NCBI GenBank assembly: GCA_036274495.1
Contig: DASUFP010000041.1
Span: 627 to 64,626, forward strand
Direction of reading: 5' to 3'
Source: Bacteroidia bacterium
GTDB taxonomy: Bacteria; Bacteroidota; Bacteroidia; AKYH767-A; OLB10
DNA length: 64,000 bases
Under the pieces are notes generated by a model. That model saw only the letters and a list, made by a program, of their open reading frames with translations. It did no database searches and was not told where the DNA came from. Positions 9,937 through 19,226 of this stretch are shown piece by piece. How positions within the stretch are numbered: position 1 is the stretch's first letter; each line of letters opens with the position of its first letter. Position numbers and translations under genes: made by a program.

Positions 9937-10356
9937 TCAGTTACTGAGCCCTTTCCAGAAGAGGCTTTCAATATCAATGGTGGCTAAAAACGGATCCAGT
10001 AAATCAAGCGATCTGAATGCACGAATGTGATCTACCTTATTTTCAGAAATATTATACCACAATTCGATATAATAATCGTTTAAATGGAATAGATTGATTC
10101 TGTATCCGGCTTTTTCAAAAACAGATAAAAAAGTTGCCCCGTGCCAGAGGTACCATGCCTTTTCATCCATGTTCAGGCAATTAAATTCGGTGATGTTGAC
10201 GTATTCCATAAACGGCAGGCTGTGTGTGAGATTTATATTTAAATATACCTGCACATATACCCCGATTCCCTTAAGAATTTGGCAAACACTGGTCTCTATG
10301 GGGTACAGGAAGTAAAAATGATGGCAGGAGCTACCTTTCCTGAATAGAAATTTCAA
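9937..10356 (-). CDS. Hypothetical protein (139 aa, Trp/Tyr-rich).
   Basis: The ORF has protein-like composition; no recognisable motif. Confidence 0.35.
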   Translation of the reverse strand: MKFLFRKGSSCHHFYFLYPIETSVCQILKGIGVYVQVYLNINLTHSLPFMEYVNITEFNCLNMDEKAWYLWHGATFLSVFEKAGYRINLFHLNDYYIELWYNISENKVDHIRAFRSLDLLDPFLATIDIESLFWKGLSN

Positions 10357-10429
10357 AAGATGACCTACGTCATGATCCTTTTGGCAGAGTCAGTTTAATT
10401 TTGAGACAAAATAGTTAACTATATATCAC

Positions 10430-10609
10430 ATGAACCGGAAACTTATTGCTTTGCTTATAGCCCTTCTAGTGATTGCTTTTCCTTTTCGCTGGGCATTTCT
10501 TGACTACCACAAACCGGGCATAACAATGATTCTCTCATTTGTTCTGACCCTGGTTGGCATTATTGCCTTTTATTACCTTACGATGGATCACAAAAGTGAG
10601 CATCATTAA
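10430..10609 (+). CDS. Small two-TM membrane protein (59 aa), absent from the ORF track because it is under 60 aa.
   Basis: ATG at 10430, TAA at 10607-10609; MNRKLIALLIALLVIAFPFRWAFLDYHKPGITMILSFVLTLVGIIAFYYLTMDHKSEHH; followed 20 nt later by an intrinsic terminator. Confidence 0.4.
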   Translation: MNRKLIALLIALLVIAFPFRWAFLDYHKPGITMILSFVLTLVGIIAFYYLTMDHKSEHH

Positions 10610-10630
10610 CCTGTTTTATTGATGTAATGA

Positions 10631-10657
10631 AGCCTCCGTTCAAGGGGGCTTTTTTTA
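10631..10657 (+). terminator. Intrinsic terminator for the 10430-10609 ORF.
   Basis: AGCCTCC-GTTCAA-GGGGGCT hairpin then TTTTTTT. Confidence 0.6.
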
Positions 10658-10674
10658 TGGGCCAACATCAAAGC

Positions 10675-10701
10675 AAGAAAAAACCCCGCTTGACAGCGGG
10701 G
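10675..10701 (-). terminator. Orphan intrinsic terminator for a leftward (minus-strand) transcript with no annotated gene.
   Basis: On the minus strand: CCCCGCT-GTCA-AGCGGGG followed by TTTTTTCTT. On the plus strand no T-run follows, so it is not a plus-strand terminator. Confidence 0.5.
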
Positions 10702-10758
10702 TCCAAAAACCAACTTTAAAACGATCGCCCGGGAATGGGGGATTGCACTTTTATCAGG

Positions 10759-10953
10759 TCACTTACCCAAATTCACTCTCGAATCCGGAGTGGCCATTCT
10801 CCTTTGATAAAGAAGAACTGAAACGGCAATCAAAGAGAGTGGGAGTAGTGCGAGAAACATGTTTGTTGTTATTAACGACTCAAATGTATGTCGCAAAACA
10901 GGGCCATTCTCAATATTTTGACCAATGGCAATAATTAATTGGTGAACGGACAT
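10759..10953 (-). CDS. Possible small membrane protein (64 aa) ending 58 nt upstream of the orphan minus-strand terminator.
   Basis: MSVHQLIIAIGQNIENGPVLRHTFESLITTNMFLALLPLSLIAVSVLLYQRRMATPDSRVNLGK has one predicted TM helix. An antisense ORF of equal length exists, so coding status is uncertain. Confidence 0.25.
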   Translation of the reverse strand: MSVHQLIIAIGQNIENGPVLRHTFESLITTNMFLALLPLSLIAVSVLLYQRRMATPDSRVNLGK

Positions 10954-11106
10954 CTTGTTGGTGCAAAGCGGTTATCAGGTATTTATCGGGGGACAGGCTG
11001 CAAAATAAGCTTTCGTAAGCCAATAGGTAATGATCTGAATATCACCAAAATGTTATCAATTTAACGAATGATCTTTATATTTTTCTCGTTCAGCCATAAT
11101 TACGTT

Positions 11107-11125
11107 TTAGACTTGCCTAATTTTA
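11107..11125 (+). promoter_or_regulatory. DtxR/IdeR-box-like palindrome 25 nt upstream of the DtxR-family gene (candidate autoregulatory operator).
   Basis: TTAGACTTGCCTAATTTTA matches the 19-bp iron-box consensus TTAGGTTAGCCTAACCTAA at 13 of 19 positions and has a TTAG-N6-CTAA dyad. Confidence 0.35.
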
Positions 11126-11149
11126 TCGGGGATTGTACTTTTGAGCTGC

Positions 11150-11809
11150 ATGAAGACTTCTTCTACCGAGGAAAACTACCTGAAAGCCATCTTTAAGCTG
11201 TCGGAAACTGCCACCCCGGTTTCTACAACCGATATTGCCAACTCACTGAATATCAGGTCGGCAACGGTTACCGATATGCTCAAACGCCTCTCCGGTAAAA
11301 AGCTCATCCGATATGAAAAATACCACGGACTCTATTTGACTGAAAAAGGCCGCCAGGCCGGCATCCGCATTATCAGAAAACACCGTTTGTGGGAGCTCTT
11401 TTTGGTGGAGAAAATGCGGTTCAGATGGGATGAGGTCCATGAAATAGCAGAACAGCTTGAGCACATCCAATCCGATGAACTGGTAAACCGGCTGGATGAA
11501 TTGCTCGGTTTCCCGAAAACAGATCCCCATGGTGATCCTATCCCCGACCGGAACGGAATATTCGGGACTCGCCATCAATCACCTTTGGTAAATGCTCCAA
11601 AAGGTGCCCCATTAACGGTTACTTCAGTATCAGAAAACGACCCCGGCTTATTGCAGCATCTTGACAAATTGGGAATAGCAATTGGCACGCAGATCGAAAT
11701 TGAAACTAAAGAGGACTATGATCATTCAATGCGAATTATAGTTGATGATAAACAGTCTTTTTTTATTTCAGAAAGTGTTGCATCGAGAATTTTTGTTGAA
11801 GTGAAATGA
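11150..11809 (+). CDS. DtxR/MntR-family metal-dependent transcriptional regulator with a C-terminal FeoA/SH3-like domain (alternative start at 11141).
   Basis: N-terminal TEENYLKAIFKLSE...TTDIANSLNIRSATVTDMLKRLSGKKLIRYEKYHGLYLTEKGRQ (wHTH) plus a metal-binding/dimerisation region and a C-terminal SH3-like domain. Confidence 0.85.
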   Translation: MKTSSTEENYLKAIFKLSETATPVSTTDIANSLNIRSATVTDMLKRLSGKKLIRYEKYHGLYLTEKGRQAGIRIIRKHRLWELFLVEKMRFRWDEVHEIAEQLEHIQSDELVNRLDELLGFPKTDPHGDPIPDRNGIFGTRHQSPLVNAPKGAPLTVTSVSENDPGLLQHLDKLGIAIGTQIEIETKEDYDHSMRIIVDDKQSFFISESVASRIFVEVK

Positions 11810-11869
11810 TGTTGTATGTAATCCCCATATATTGTCCTTACTCAATATTGAATAGCCTGTCCGTTACAA

Positions 11870-13582
11870 CTAAAATTTCACCGCCAGTACAACAGGTATT
11901 TTATATTGCAAAACCTCACCGTTAATGGTGAAATAACGGAGCAAGGCAACATATAATCCAGGTGGTGCAATTTTTCCATCCGAAGTGGAGCCATCCCAAA
12001 AATAAGTTACCTCAGTTCCCGTTAGCTGATCAGTAGTTATTTGCTTTACCTCCCACCCGTCAGCATGAAAAATAGTTATGTTACCGATGTAACCTGCACC
12101 GGGCTGAACCACATTGAAAGAGACCACATCATTGAATCCATCGTTGTCGGGCGAAAAAACTTCAGGTTCTGCCGTAACACCGGGTGTTGTATTTACAGAT
12201 TCAAATTGTGAATTTCTGAATCCGGGAGTTGCAAACCCGGCAGGTTCTGCCGCAGAATGCCAGTTTACAGAAGACCCTCCCGGACTAAAGGGGTTGATGC
12301 GCTCCAAAGAAACGCCTTTTACATTTTGAAGCAGGGGAAAATGATACGATTCATTATACCTGAATCGATCCATAATTATTCCATTGTACATGATTCCAAC
12401 TTCACCGGCATCGGCATTCATTGCCGGCAGGTCATCCATCACAGGAAAGTTTTGTGGAAAAGGTGTTGAATAAAATTGATACACCAGATCGGGAGCCTTA
12501 CACAAAACAGCATAATCACCCGGAAATAATAAATAGGGATCACCGTTTATTTCAACAACTTTTTCCGGCAATCCCGTTGTTTCATTTATTGATAAAACAG
12601 AAAAGTCGGTGAGATCCGCCAATGTATTACCACGATTATATAATTCAATAAAATCAGTCCCGCCTTCAGGAGGATTAAACAGTATCTCATTCAGAATTAT
12701 ATCAGGTATTAAAGTTGTATCCGGAATGCCAAAATTAAGTTCCTGTTCAGAAATCATTTTATTGCCCGGACAATCCCTTGCACCATTGATGCGGCACAAA
12801 TAGGTTTTGCCGTTAATAATACTATCGGAAACTGTTATTACAATAGATGCATTATCTGTTCCGTCTGATTGCACAAATATGGTCTGCATACCATTTTGAA
12901 AATTTATTTGGATACTGTCGAGATATAAAGGTTCAAGAGGTTCGCTAAATAAAACCTTAACCGTTTTCGCGTCCGGGCAAAAGGCACGAATTGCAATCGG
13001 GGGCGAGTCATCAATAAACAGCCCTGCAACACTATTGGGTGCTCCGGGAGTTCCTCCGGCACTATTCACAGCAGGCGCCCAGTTGTTTTTATTGAAACAA
13101 CGAAATGAATCATCAATGCGTTCCAGTGACCAGCCCCCGTCAGCCTTGTAAGTGCCTCCAAACCAGCTATCGGAAAAAACAACTGAATCCACAGGTAAAC
13201 CTCCCGCATCGCGGATTGAAATTTTTTCACCGCTGTTGGTAAGCGACATACTGCTTATACCGGCTGTATTTCCATAAGCATTAAAAAGAGCTGTATCTGA
13301 ATTTGCACATACTATCATCCTTGCTCCCTGGAGCAAAATCTTCGGTGGTAATACTTTGGTGCTTCCCTCATAAAATGACCAGCCTGATAAATTTACGGAC
13401 GAGGAACCCCTGTTGTAAATTTCAACAAATTCAGCCGGCGGAAGGCCCTGTGCGGGCGTAGGATCAGCTAAAATTTCGGTAATGATTACATCATTAACCG
13501 TGGATGATGATTGGATGGCGTTATCGGCTTGACCGAAGGAGTAACTGCAAAAAAGCGTTGCCCCGAAAAATAAAAGTTTCAT
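11870..13582 (-). CDS. Secreted protein with two lamin-tail (LTD) domains and a T9SS type B C-terminal domain.
   Basis: Signal peptide; VIITEILADPTPAQGLPPAEFVEIYNRG and IILNEILFNPPEGGTDFIELYNRG (LTD motif, twice); C-terminal FSPDNDGFNDVVSF...VKF, the hallmark of the type B (gliding-associated) CTD. Confidence 0.75.
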   Translation of the reverse strand: MKLLFFGATLFCSYSFGQADNAIQSSSTVNDVIITEILADPTPAQGLPPAEFVEIYNRGSSSVNLSGWSFYEGSTKVLPPKILLQGARMIVCANSDTALFNAYGNTAGISSMSLTNSGEKISIRDAGGLPVDSVVFSDSWFGGTYKADGGWSLERIDDSFRCFNKNNWAPAVNSAGGTPGAPNSVAGLFIDDSPPIAIRAFCPDAKTVKVLFSEPLEPLYLDSIQINFQNGMQTIFVQSDGTDNASIVITVSDSIINGKTYLCRINGARDCPGNKMISEQELNFGIPDTTLIPDIILNEILFNPPEGGTDFIELYNRGNTLADLTDFSVLSINETTGLPEKVVEINGDPYLLFPGDYAVLCKAPDLVYQFYSTPFPQNFPVMDDLPAMNADAGEVGIMYNGIIMDRFRYNESYHFPLLQNVKGVSLERINPFSPGGSSVNWHSAAEPAGFATPGFRNSQFESVNTTPGVTAEPEVFSPDNDGFNDVVSFNVVQPGAGYIGNITIFHADGWEVKQITTDQLTGTEVTYFWDGSTSDGKIAPPGLYVALLRYFTINGEVLQYKIPVVLAVKF

Positions 13583-13722
13583 TGAAAAGGACTTTTAGTT
13601 GGACGCTGTAAATATAATAATAACTTACAATTTTAAACCTAAACATTTAGCGGAAGCAGTAAATGTCTCAGAATTAAATTTTCAAACTGCTATCTTTACA
13701 CACCTATTTTAATACCTATTTA

Positions 13723-14739
13723 ATGAAAGTCGCCGTAGTGGGTGCCACCGGACTGGTGGGAACAAAAATGCTGGAGGTGTTGCAAGAACGCCGTTTTCCG
13801 GTTTCAATGCTTATTCCTGTAGCTACCCAACGTTCGGTAGGCAAGGAGATTATATTCGGAGATTCTGCTTATAAAGTAGTTTCGATGGATACTGCCGTAC
13901 AACAAAAACCTGATCTGGCTCTGTTTTCTGCCGGGGGAACCACCTCATTGGAGTGGGCGCCAAAATTTGCTGCAGCCGGTACTGTAGTTATCGACAACTC
14001 GTCGGCATGGCGAATGGATCCAAATAAAAAACTGGTTGTGCCCGAAGTTAACGCTGACGTTATTTCGTCAACCGATAAAATTATTGCCAATCCCAACTGC
14101 AGCACCATTCAAATGGTAGTGGCTCTTGCACCGCTGCATAAAAAATACAGGATTAAGCGACTGGTTATTTCTACTTATCAGTCAGTTACCGGAACCGGTG
14201 CCAAAGCGCTACAGCAATTGTACAACGAAGAGCAGGCTATTCAGGGAGAAACCGCTTACCACTATCCTATACGCCGAAATGTAATCCCTCAGTGCGATGT
14301 GTTTCTTGACAACGGCTACACAAAGGAGGAGATGAAAATGGTAAATGAAACCCGTAAGATTCTTGACGATGCCTCTATCAGAATTACAGCAACCACTGTT
14401 CGCGTTCCTGTAAAAGGCGGACATTCTGAAGCGGTAAATGTTGAGTTTGATAATGAATTTGACTTGAACGAACTGCGCGGGTTGCTTGCCTCCTCACCCG
14501 GTTTGGTAGTATTAGATGAGCCCTCCGCTTTTTCATATCCGATGCCATTGTATGCAGAAGGTAAGGATGATGTATTTGTGGGAAGACTACGGCGAGATGA
14601 GAGTCAGTCAAATACTTTAAATATGTGGATAGTTGCCGACAACCTCCGAAAAGGAGCAGCTACCAATGCTGTTCAGATTGCTGAGTCGATGATTTCCCGC
14701 GGATTATTTGCGGCAGCGATAACAGCTAAAAGTTTCTAG
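13723..14739 (+). CDS. asd: Aspartate-semialdehyde dehydrogenase.
   Basis: MKVAVVGATGLVG...NPNCSTIQMVVAL (active-site Cys) ...; 338 aa, full-length Asd architecture. Confidence 0.95.
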   Translation: MKVAVVGATGLVGTKMLEVLQERRFPVSMLIPVATQRSVGKEIIFGDSAYKVVSMDTAVQQKPDLALFSAGGTTSLEWAPKFAAAGTVVIDNSSAWRMDPNKKLVVPEVNADVISSTDKIIANPNCSTIQMVVALAPLHKKYRIKRLVISTYQSVTGTGAKALQQLYNEEQAIQGETAYHYPIRRNVIPQCDVFLDNGYTKEEMKMVNETRKILDDASIRITATTVRVPVKGGHSEAVNVEFDNEFDLNELRGLLASSPGLVVLDEPSAFSYPMPLYAEGKDDVFVGRLRRDESQSNTLNMWIVADNLRKGAATNAVQIAESMISRGLFAAAITAKSF

Positions 14740-14753
14740 CAAATTCCTTTCGG

Positions 14754-15536
14754 TCAGGGTTTTTTTGATGTAAGCGGACCGGCAAGTCCTTTGTATCCAT
14801 CCAGATCCATTTTAATGGAACCGACAAGTATTTCGGCTTCGGCCCGAATGACAATATGGTTCGGATCATCGGTAATCCATACCGTCATTCCCTCTTGTTC
14901 TTTAAAGACGCGGCCCTCCTGAAGCAACGGACGGAATTTTATACAATTGAACGTTCCCAATCTTGTTTTTACCACTTCCCTGCCTATAAATTTAATTACC
15001 ATGGGAAAAACTTCATCGTCAAGATATGCCGGAATCGGAAATGTTGCGCCCTCTTTTGCGTTTGAAAAATCGAGTGTGCGGGCATAATAAAATGCCGATA
15101 CCAGATCCTGTACATTTGCCGTTACCGGGAATGTACCTTTTTCTGAAGTTGCTGTTTTCTTATACGGATTAAAAGTGACGTTTTGAGAGATGGTATATCC
15201 CCCTTCGTCCACCCTTCTGATAAAAATCCAGGGGACAAATGCCCTGGCATCAAAATAACTCTCGTATCTGTCGCGGACTTTGAAAAACCAGTCGAAGGCA
15301 CCCCTGGTACGTCCTAAACCTACAGCATGATAGCAGCTTCTTGATCCGATCGGATACAGATCCGATTTAATTTCAAGCGTTGCCTCTCCGGCATCAATTA
15401 TTCCGTAATGAATTCTGTATTTCAGAAATTCCCCCTGCTTAAAAGCAGTATTTGAAATCACCCGTAGTGAGTCCTGAGAATAAACCCCTGCAGTAAGCAG
15501 TAATGCGATTATGATTAAAGCCAGGTTTTTGAACAT
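14754..15536 (-). CDS. Secreted hypothetical protein, DUF3108-like (start at MFKNLALIII).
   Basis: Signal peptide; KYRIHYGIIDAGEATLEIKSD... resembles Bacteroidetes DUF3108 proteins (assignment from memory). Probably co-transcribed with leuS-scpB. Confidence 0.5.
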   Translation of the reverse strand: MFKNLALIIIALLLTAGVYSQDSLRVISNTAFKQGEFLKYRIHYGIIDAGEATLEIKSDLYPIGSRSCYHAVGLGRTRGAFDWFFKVRDRYESYFDARAFVPWIFIRRVDEGGYTISQNVTFNPYKKTATSEKGTFPVTANVQDLVSAFYYARTLDFSNAKEGATFPIPAYLDDEVFPMVIKFIGREVVKTRLGTFNCIKFRPLLQEGRVFKEQEGMTVWITDDPNHIVIRAEAEILVGSIKMDLDGYKGLAGPLTSKKP

Positions 15537-15583
15537 GGGTGGTGTTACAAGCAAAGGTCGTTCCAAAGTATGCCGGCCTCTGT

Positions 15584-16264
15584 TTACTCCTCGCTATCCT
15601 CTCCCGTTTCGGTTGTAGCGGCTTCCGATATTTCGGTTTGCGTTGTCTCGTCAATAATCTCCGCCCCCGTATCAACTTCGTCCTGATCGGTCTCGTCGGA
15701 GAGTTCTGAGGGAATGCCAATTTCATTTGCCTGGAGCGACTGAATATCTTTCAGTTTCGGAAGGTCTTTAACCGACTTCAAACCAAAGTGCTCCATAAAA
15801 TTTTTACTGGTAGCATAAAGTATCGGCCTACCGGGACCATCACTTTTACCCGATATGTAAATCAATTCTTTTTCCAGAAGTTTTTGAATGGAATAGTCAC
15901 AGCTGACTCCCCTGATTTGCTCGAGTTCCGGTTTCGACATCGGTTGTTTGTAAGCGATAATGGCGAGTGTTTCGAGTGCGGCAGTAGAGAGTCTTTTTTT
16001 CTCTTTCATTTGCAGCATGACATGTATGGCAGAGTGAAAATCCTTCTTACTCAAAAACTGAAATCCGCCGGCAATTTCATTTAATTCAAAAGCGTGGTCT
16101 TCGTCATTAAACTTTTCCTTCAACTGGTAAATCGCATTCATAATGTCCTCACGTTCGAGTTCCCATCCGTATGCATTTTTCAGACATGTGATCAATTCGT
16201 CAGGTGTAATAGGTTGTTCGGCTGCAAAAATGAGCGCTTCAACGTGTTGCTTTAAAAGTTTCAT
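15584..16264 (-). CDS. scpB: Segregation and condensation protein B (SMC-ScpAB complex subunit).
   Basis: MKLLKQHVEALIFAAEQPITPDEL...RLSTAALETLAIIAYKQPMSKPELEQIRGV (tandem winged helices); acidic C-terminal tail. Confidence 0.9.
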   Translation of the reverse strand: MKLLKQHVEALIFAAEQPITPDELITCLKNAYGWELEREDIMNAIYQLKEKFNDEDHAFELNEIAGGFQFLSKKDFHSAIHVMLQMKEKKRLSTAALETLAIIAYKQPMSKPELEQIRGVSCDYSIQKLLEKELIYISGKSDGPGRPILYATSKNFMEHFGLKSVKDLPKLKDIQSLQANEIGIPSELSDETDQDEVDTGAEIIDETTQTEISEAATTETGEDSEE

Positions 16265-16300
16265 TTACTATATCGTTTTTCGGAGTTATTTGATTTATTA

Positions 16301-19072
16301 TTATACCACCACATTCACAATGCGGCCCGGCACCACAATTACTTTTTTTGGAGCATTCCCGTTCAGGTATTTTCCCATTTCACCCGCCCCGAGAACGCTT
16401 TCTTCCACTTGTTCTTTTGTCATACCCAATGGAAGTGTAATCTTGAATCGTGTTTTCCCGTTTACAGATACCGGATACTCAAATTCATTATCTGCCAGAA
16501 AGCTTTGATTGAATATCGGAAATTGTGCATTTACAATACTTTGCTGATGGCCCATTTTACTCCATAATTCCTCTGCTATATGCGGTGCAAAAGGAGCTAT
16601 CAGAATTGCAAGTGGTTCGAGTATTGAGCGTTTATTGCACTTTAGTTCCGTAAGTTCATTTACACAAATCATAAATGAACTTACCGATGTGTTAAACGAA
16701 AACCTTTCAATGTCTTCGGTTACTTTCTTGATGGTTTTGTGCAATATTTTGAGTTCGGAAGGAGACGGAGCTTCATCACTTACATTATAAGTTCCGTTAC
16801 TAAACCAAAGCTTCCAGAATTTACGAAGAAAGTTAAACACTCCTGTAATGCCATTGGTATTCCACGGCTTGCTTTGTTCTATTGGCCCCAGAAACATCTC
16901 ATACATGCGAAAACAATCGGCACCATATTGTGCTATAATGTCATCAGGACTGACTACATTCCATTTTGATTTCGACATTTTCTCGACTTCTGTACCGCAT
17001 ATATATTTCCCGTCTTCCAGTTCAAACTCCGCATCGGCATATTCATCACGCCATTTGCGAAACGCATCGATATCGAGAATGTTGTTGTTTACAATATTCA
17101 CATCCACATGAAGTGCTGTGGTGATAAACTTATCTTTAAATCCGTAAGAAACAAATTTGTTAGTGCCATTTATGCGGTAAACAAAACAGGAAGTCCCCTG
17201 TATCATTCCCTGGTTAATAAGTTTTTTTGCGGGCTCATCAACCTTAATTACATTAATATCAAATAAGAATTTTGTCCAGAATCTGACATACAACAAATGG
17301 CCCGTTGCATGTTCTGATCCTCCCAGATAGAGGTCCACCTGTTTCCAGTAATCAAGTGCTTCAGCTGATGCGATTGCTTCGGTATTGTCAGGATCCATAT
17401 ATCTTAAAAAATACCAGGAAGAACCTGCCCATCCCGGCATTGTAGAAAGCTCGTATGAATAGTTGCCGTTGTGCTTCCATTCAATCGCCCGTCCCAGTGG
17501 CGGGTCACCGTCAGGAGTTGGGAGAAACGTATCTATTTCCGGCAAAACCAAAGGCAATTCAGATTCATTTAGAGGATAAGGAATCCCGTCGATATAATAT
17601 ACGGGGATGGGTTCGCCCCAATAGCGCTGCCTTCCGAAAATGGCATCCCTTAGTCTGTAATTGATTTTCCTTTCACCGAAACCGTTTTCGGTAATCTTTT
17701 TGATCGCCAGCTGAATCGCATCCTCCACTTCAAGTCCGTTAAGAAAATCACTGTTCACCAACTGACCCGATTTAGCTTCGTATGCTTCGGATGAGACATC
17801 GCCCCCTTTTACCACTTCTATAATATCCAAATGAAAATGCGACGCAAATGCATGGTCGCGGCCGTCGTGTCCGGGGACACCCATCACAGCACCGGTTCCA
17901 TATCCGGCAAGCACATAATCGCCAATCCAAACGGGAATGTTTTTCCCTGTAAAGGGATGAATAACATATGCGCCGGTAAATTGGCCCGTGACTTTTCTGA
18001 CATCCGTCATGCGTTCCCTTTCACTCCGGTTCTTCGCATAGGCGACATAGTTAGCAACAGCTCCGGCATACTCAGGTGTGGTTATGTGTTCGACCAACTC
18101 GTGCTCAGGTGCAAGAGTAATAAAAGAAACACCGAAAATGGTATCAGGGCGGGTGGTAAATACTTCTATCAGGTTATTATTGGCTGGAGTTGCATCAGCA
18201 AGTTTAAAACGCACCATTGCACCCTCCGATTTCCCTATCCAGTTGCGCTGGGCTTCTTTGAGCGATTCACTCCAGTCAATGTGGTCCAGTCCTTCGAGAA
18301 GTCTTTCGGCATATGCGCTGATGCGCATACTCCATTGTTTCATTTTTTTCCGTTCAACCGGAAATCCTCCTCTTTCTGAAACGCCGTCTTTAACCTCTTC
18401 ATTTGCAAGCACTGTTCCGAGTCCGGGACACCAGTTAACCATTGTTTCACTAAGGAATGCGAGACGGTACTTTAGCAACACCAGCTGTTGTTCCTTAGGT
18501 TCCATTGCGTTCCACTCGTCGGCAGTGAACGATACGGTCTCGTCACAAACAGCCTGCACCCCCTTGTTTCCGGAACGGCTAAAGATGCTTATGAGTGACG
18601 CTATCGGCTCGGCTTTACCTGAAGCAACATTATACCAGGAGCCGAAGAGTTTTAAAAAAATCCATTGTGTCCAACGGTAATAGGAAGGGTCGCTTGTGCG
18701 CACCTCTCTTGACCAATCGTAGGCAAAGCCCATACGGTCGAGCTGGTTGCGATACCTCTCAATATTGTTAAGGGTTGTAACGGCAGGGTGCTGTCCGGTT
18801 TGAATGGCATATTGCTCGGCCGGAAGTCCGAATGAATCGTACCCCATCGGATGCAAAACATTGAATCCCCTGAGGCGCTTATACCTTGAGAAAATATCTG
18901 AAGCGATGTACCCTAACGGATGACCGACGTGCAATCCGGCACCGGAAGGATAGGGAAACATGTCGAGTACGTAATATTTCTCCCGGGAAGTGTCGGTTTC
19001 AACCTTATACGTTCCGGACTCCCGCCAGCTTTGTTGCCATTTTTCTTCTATTTCCCTGAAATTATACTCCAT
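16301..19072 (-). CDS. leuS: Leucine--tRNA ligase.
   Basis: [22 protein letters not shown] (HIGH motif) and EKMSKSKWN (KMSKS); 923 aa. Confidence 0.97.
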   Translation of the reverse strand: MEYNFREIEEKWQQSWRESGTYKVETDTSREKYYVLDMFPYPSGAGLHVGHPLGYIASDIFSRYKRLRGFNVLHPMGYDSFGLPAEQYAIQTGQHPAVTTLNNIERYRNQLDRMGFAYDWSREVRTSDPSYYRWTQWIFLKLFGSWYNVASGKAEPIASLISIFSRSGNKGVQAVCDETVSFTADEWNAMEPKEQQLVLLKYRLAFLSETMVNWCPGLGTVLANEEVKDGVSERGGFPVERKKMKQWSMRISAYAERLLEGLDHIDWSESLKEAQRNWIGKSEGAMVRFKLADATPANNNLIEVFTTRPDTIFGVSFITLAPEHELVEHITTPEYAGAVANYVAYAKNRSERERMTDVRKVTGQFTGAYVIHPFTGKNIPVWIGDYVLAGYGTGAVMGVPGHDGRDHAFASHFHLDIIEVVKGGDVSSEAYEAKSGQLVNSDFLNGLEVEDAIQLAIKKITENGFGERKINYRLRDAIFGRQRYWGEPIPVYYIDGIPYPLNESELPLVLPEIDTFLPTPDGDPPLGRAIEWKHNGNYSYELSTMPGWAGSSWYFLRYMDPDNTEAIASAEALDYWKQVDLYLGGSEHATGHLLYVRFWTKFLFDINVIKVDEPAKKLINQGMIQGTSCFVYRINGTNKFVSYGFKDKFITTALHVDVNIVNNNILDIDAFRKWRDEYADAEFELEDGKYICGTEVEKMSKSKWNVVSPDDIIAQYGADCFRMYEMFLGPIEQSKPWNTNGITGVFNFLRKFWKLWFSNGTYNVSDEAPSPSELKILHKTIKKVTEDIERFSFNTSVSSFMICVNELTELKCNKRSILEPLAILIAPFAPHIAEELWSKMGHQQSIVNAQFPIFNQSFLADNEFEYPVSVNGKTRFKITLPLGMTKEQVEESVLGAGEMGKYLNGNAPKKVIVVPGRIVNVVV

Positions 19073-19183
19073 CTTCCATTGTTTAAAACGGGCCTACGAA
19101 GATAGCAAAAACAGTGGTTCCGACTGCTTTGCCACCTGTTAACAGTCAGACTAAAAGGCCGTTAAATTGACCCTGAAAAACCC

Positions 19184-19191
19184 TACTTTTG
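19184..19191 (+). promoter_or_regulatory. Bacteroidetes sigma-A -7 motif (TAnnTTTG) for ftsX.
   Basis: TACTTTTG. It lies downstream of the track's start at 19167, so the real start must be after it. Confidence 0.45.
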
Positions 19192-19226
19192 TGGCGCCCG
19201 ACCCAAAAATGACGCTACAATCCGGA

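Noticed and set aside
10743-10934. Plus-strand 63-aa ORF in the region upstream of the dtxR-like gene
   Set aside because: Its composition is not protein-like, and it is the antisense shadow of the minus-strand ORF that is better supported by the orphan terminator. Neither is strongly supported.
10611-11140. RNase P RNA, SRP RNA, tmRNA or 6S RNA in the long non-coding region
   Set aside because: I found no match to the conserved rnpB CR-I/CR-IV boxes, the SRP domain-IV motif, or a tmRNA tRNA-like 3' end with tag ORF. 6S RNA cannot be excluded by eye and is left to an Rfam scan.
16739-18861. Several 60-200-aa ORFs on the plus strand inside leuS
   Set aside because: They are antisense to a highly conserved aminoacyl-tRNA synthetase gene, have low-complexity Ser/Arg-rich translations, and are typical shadow ORFs.
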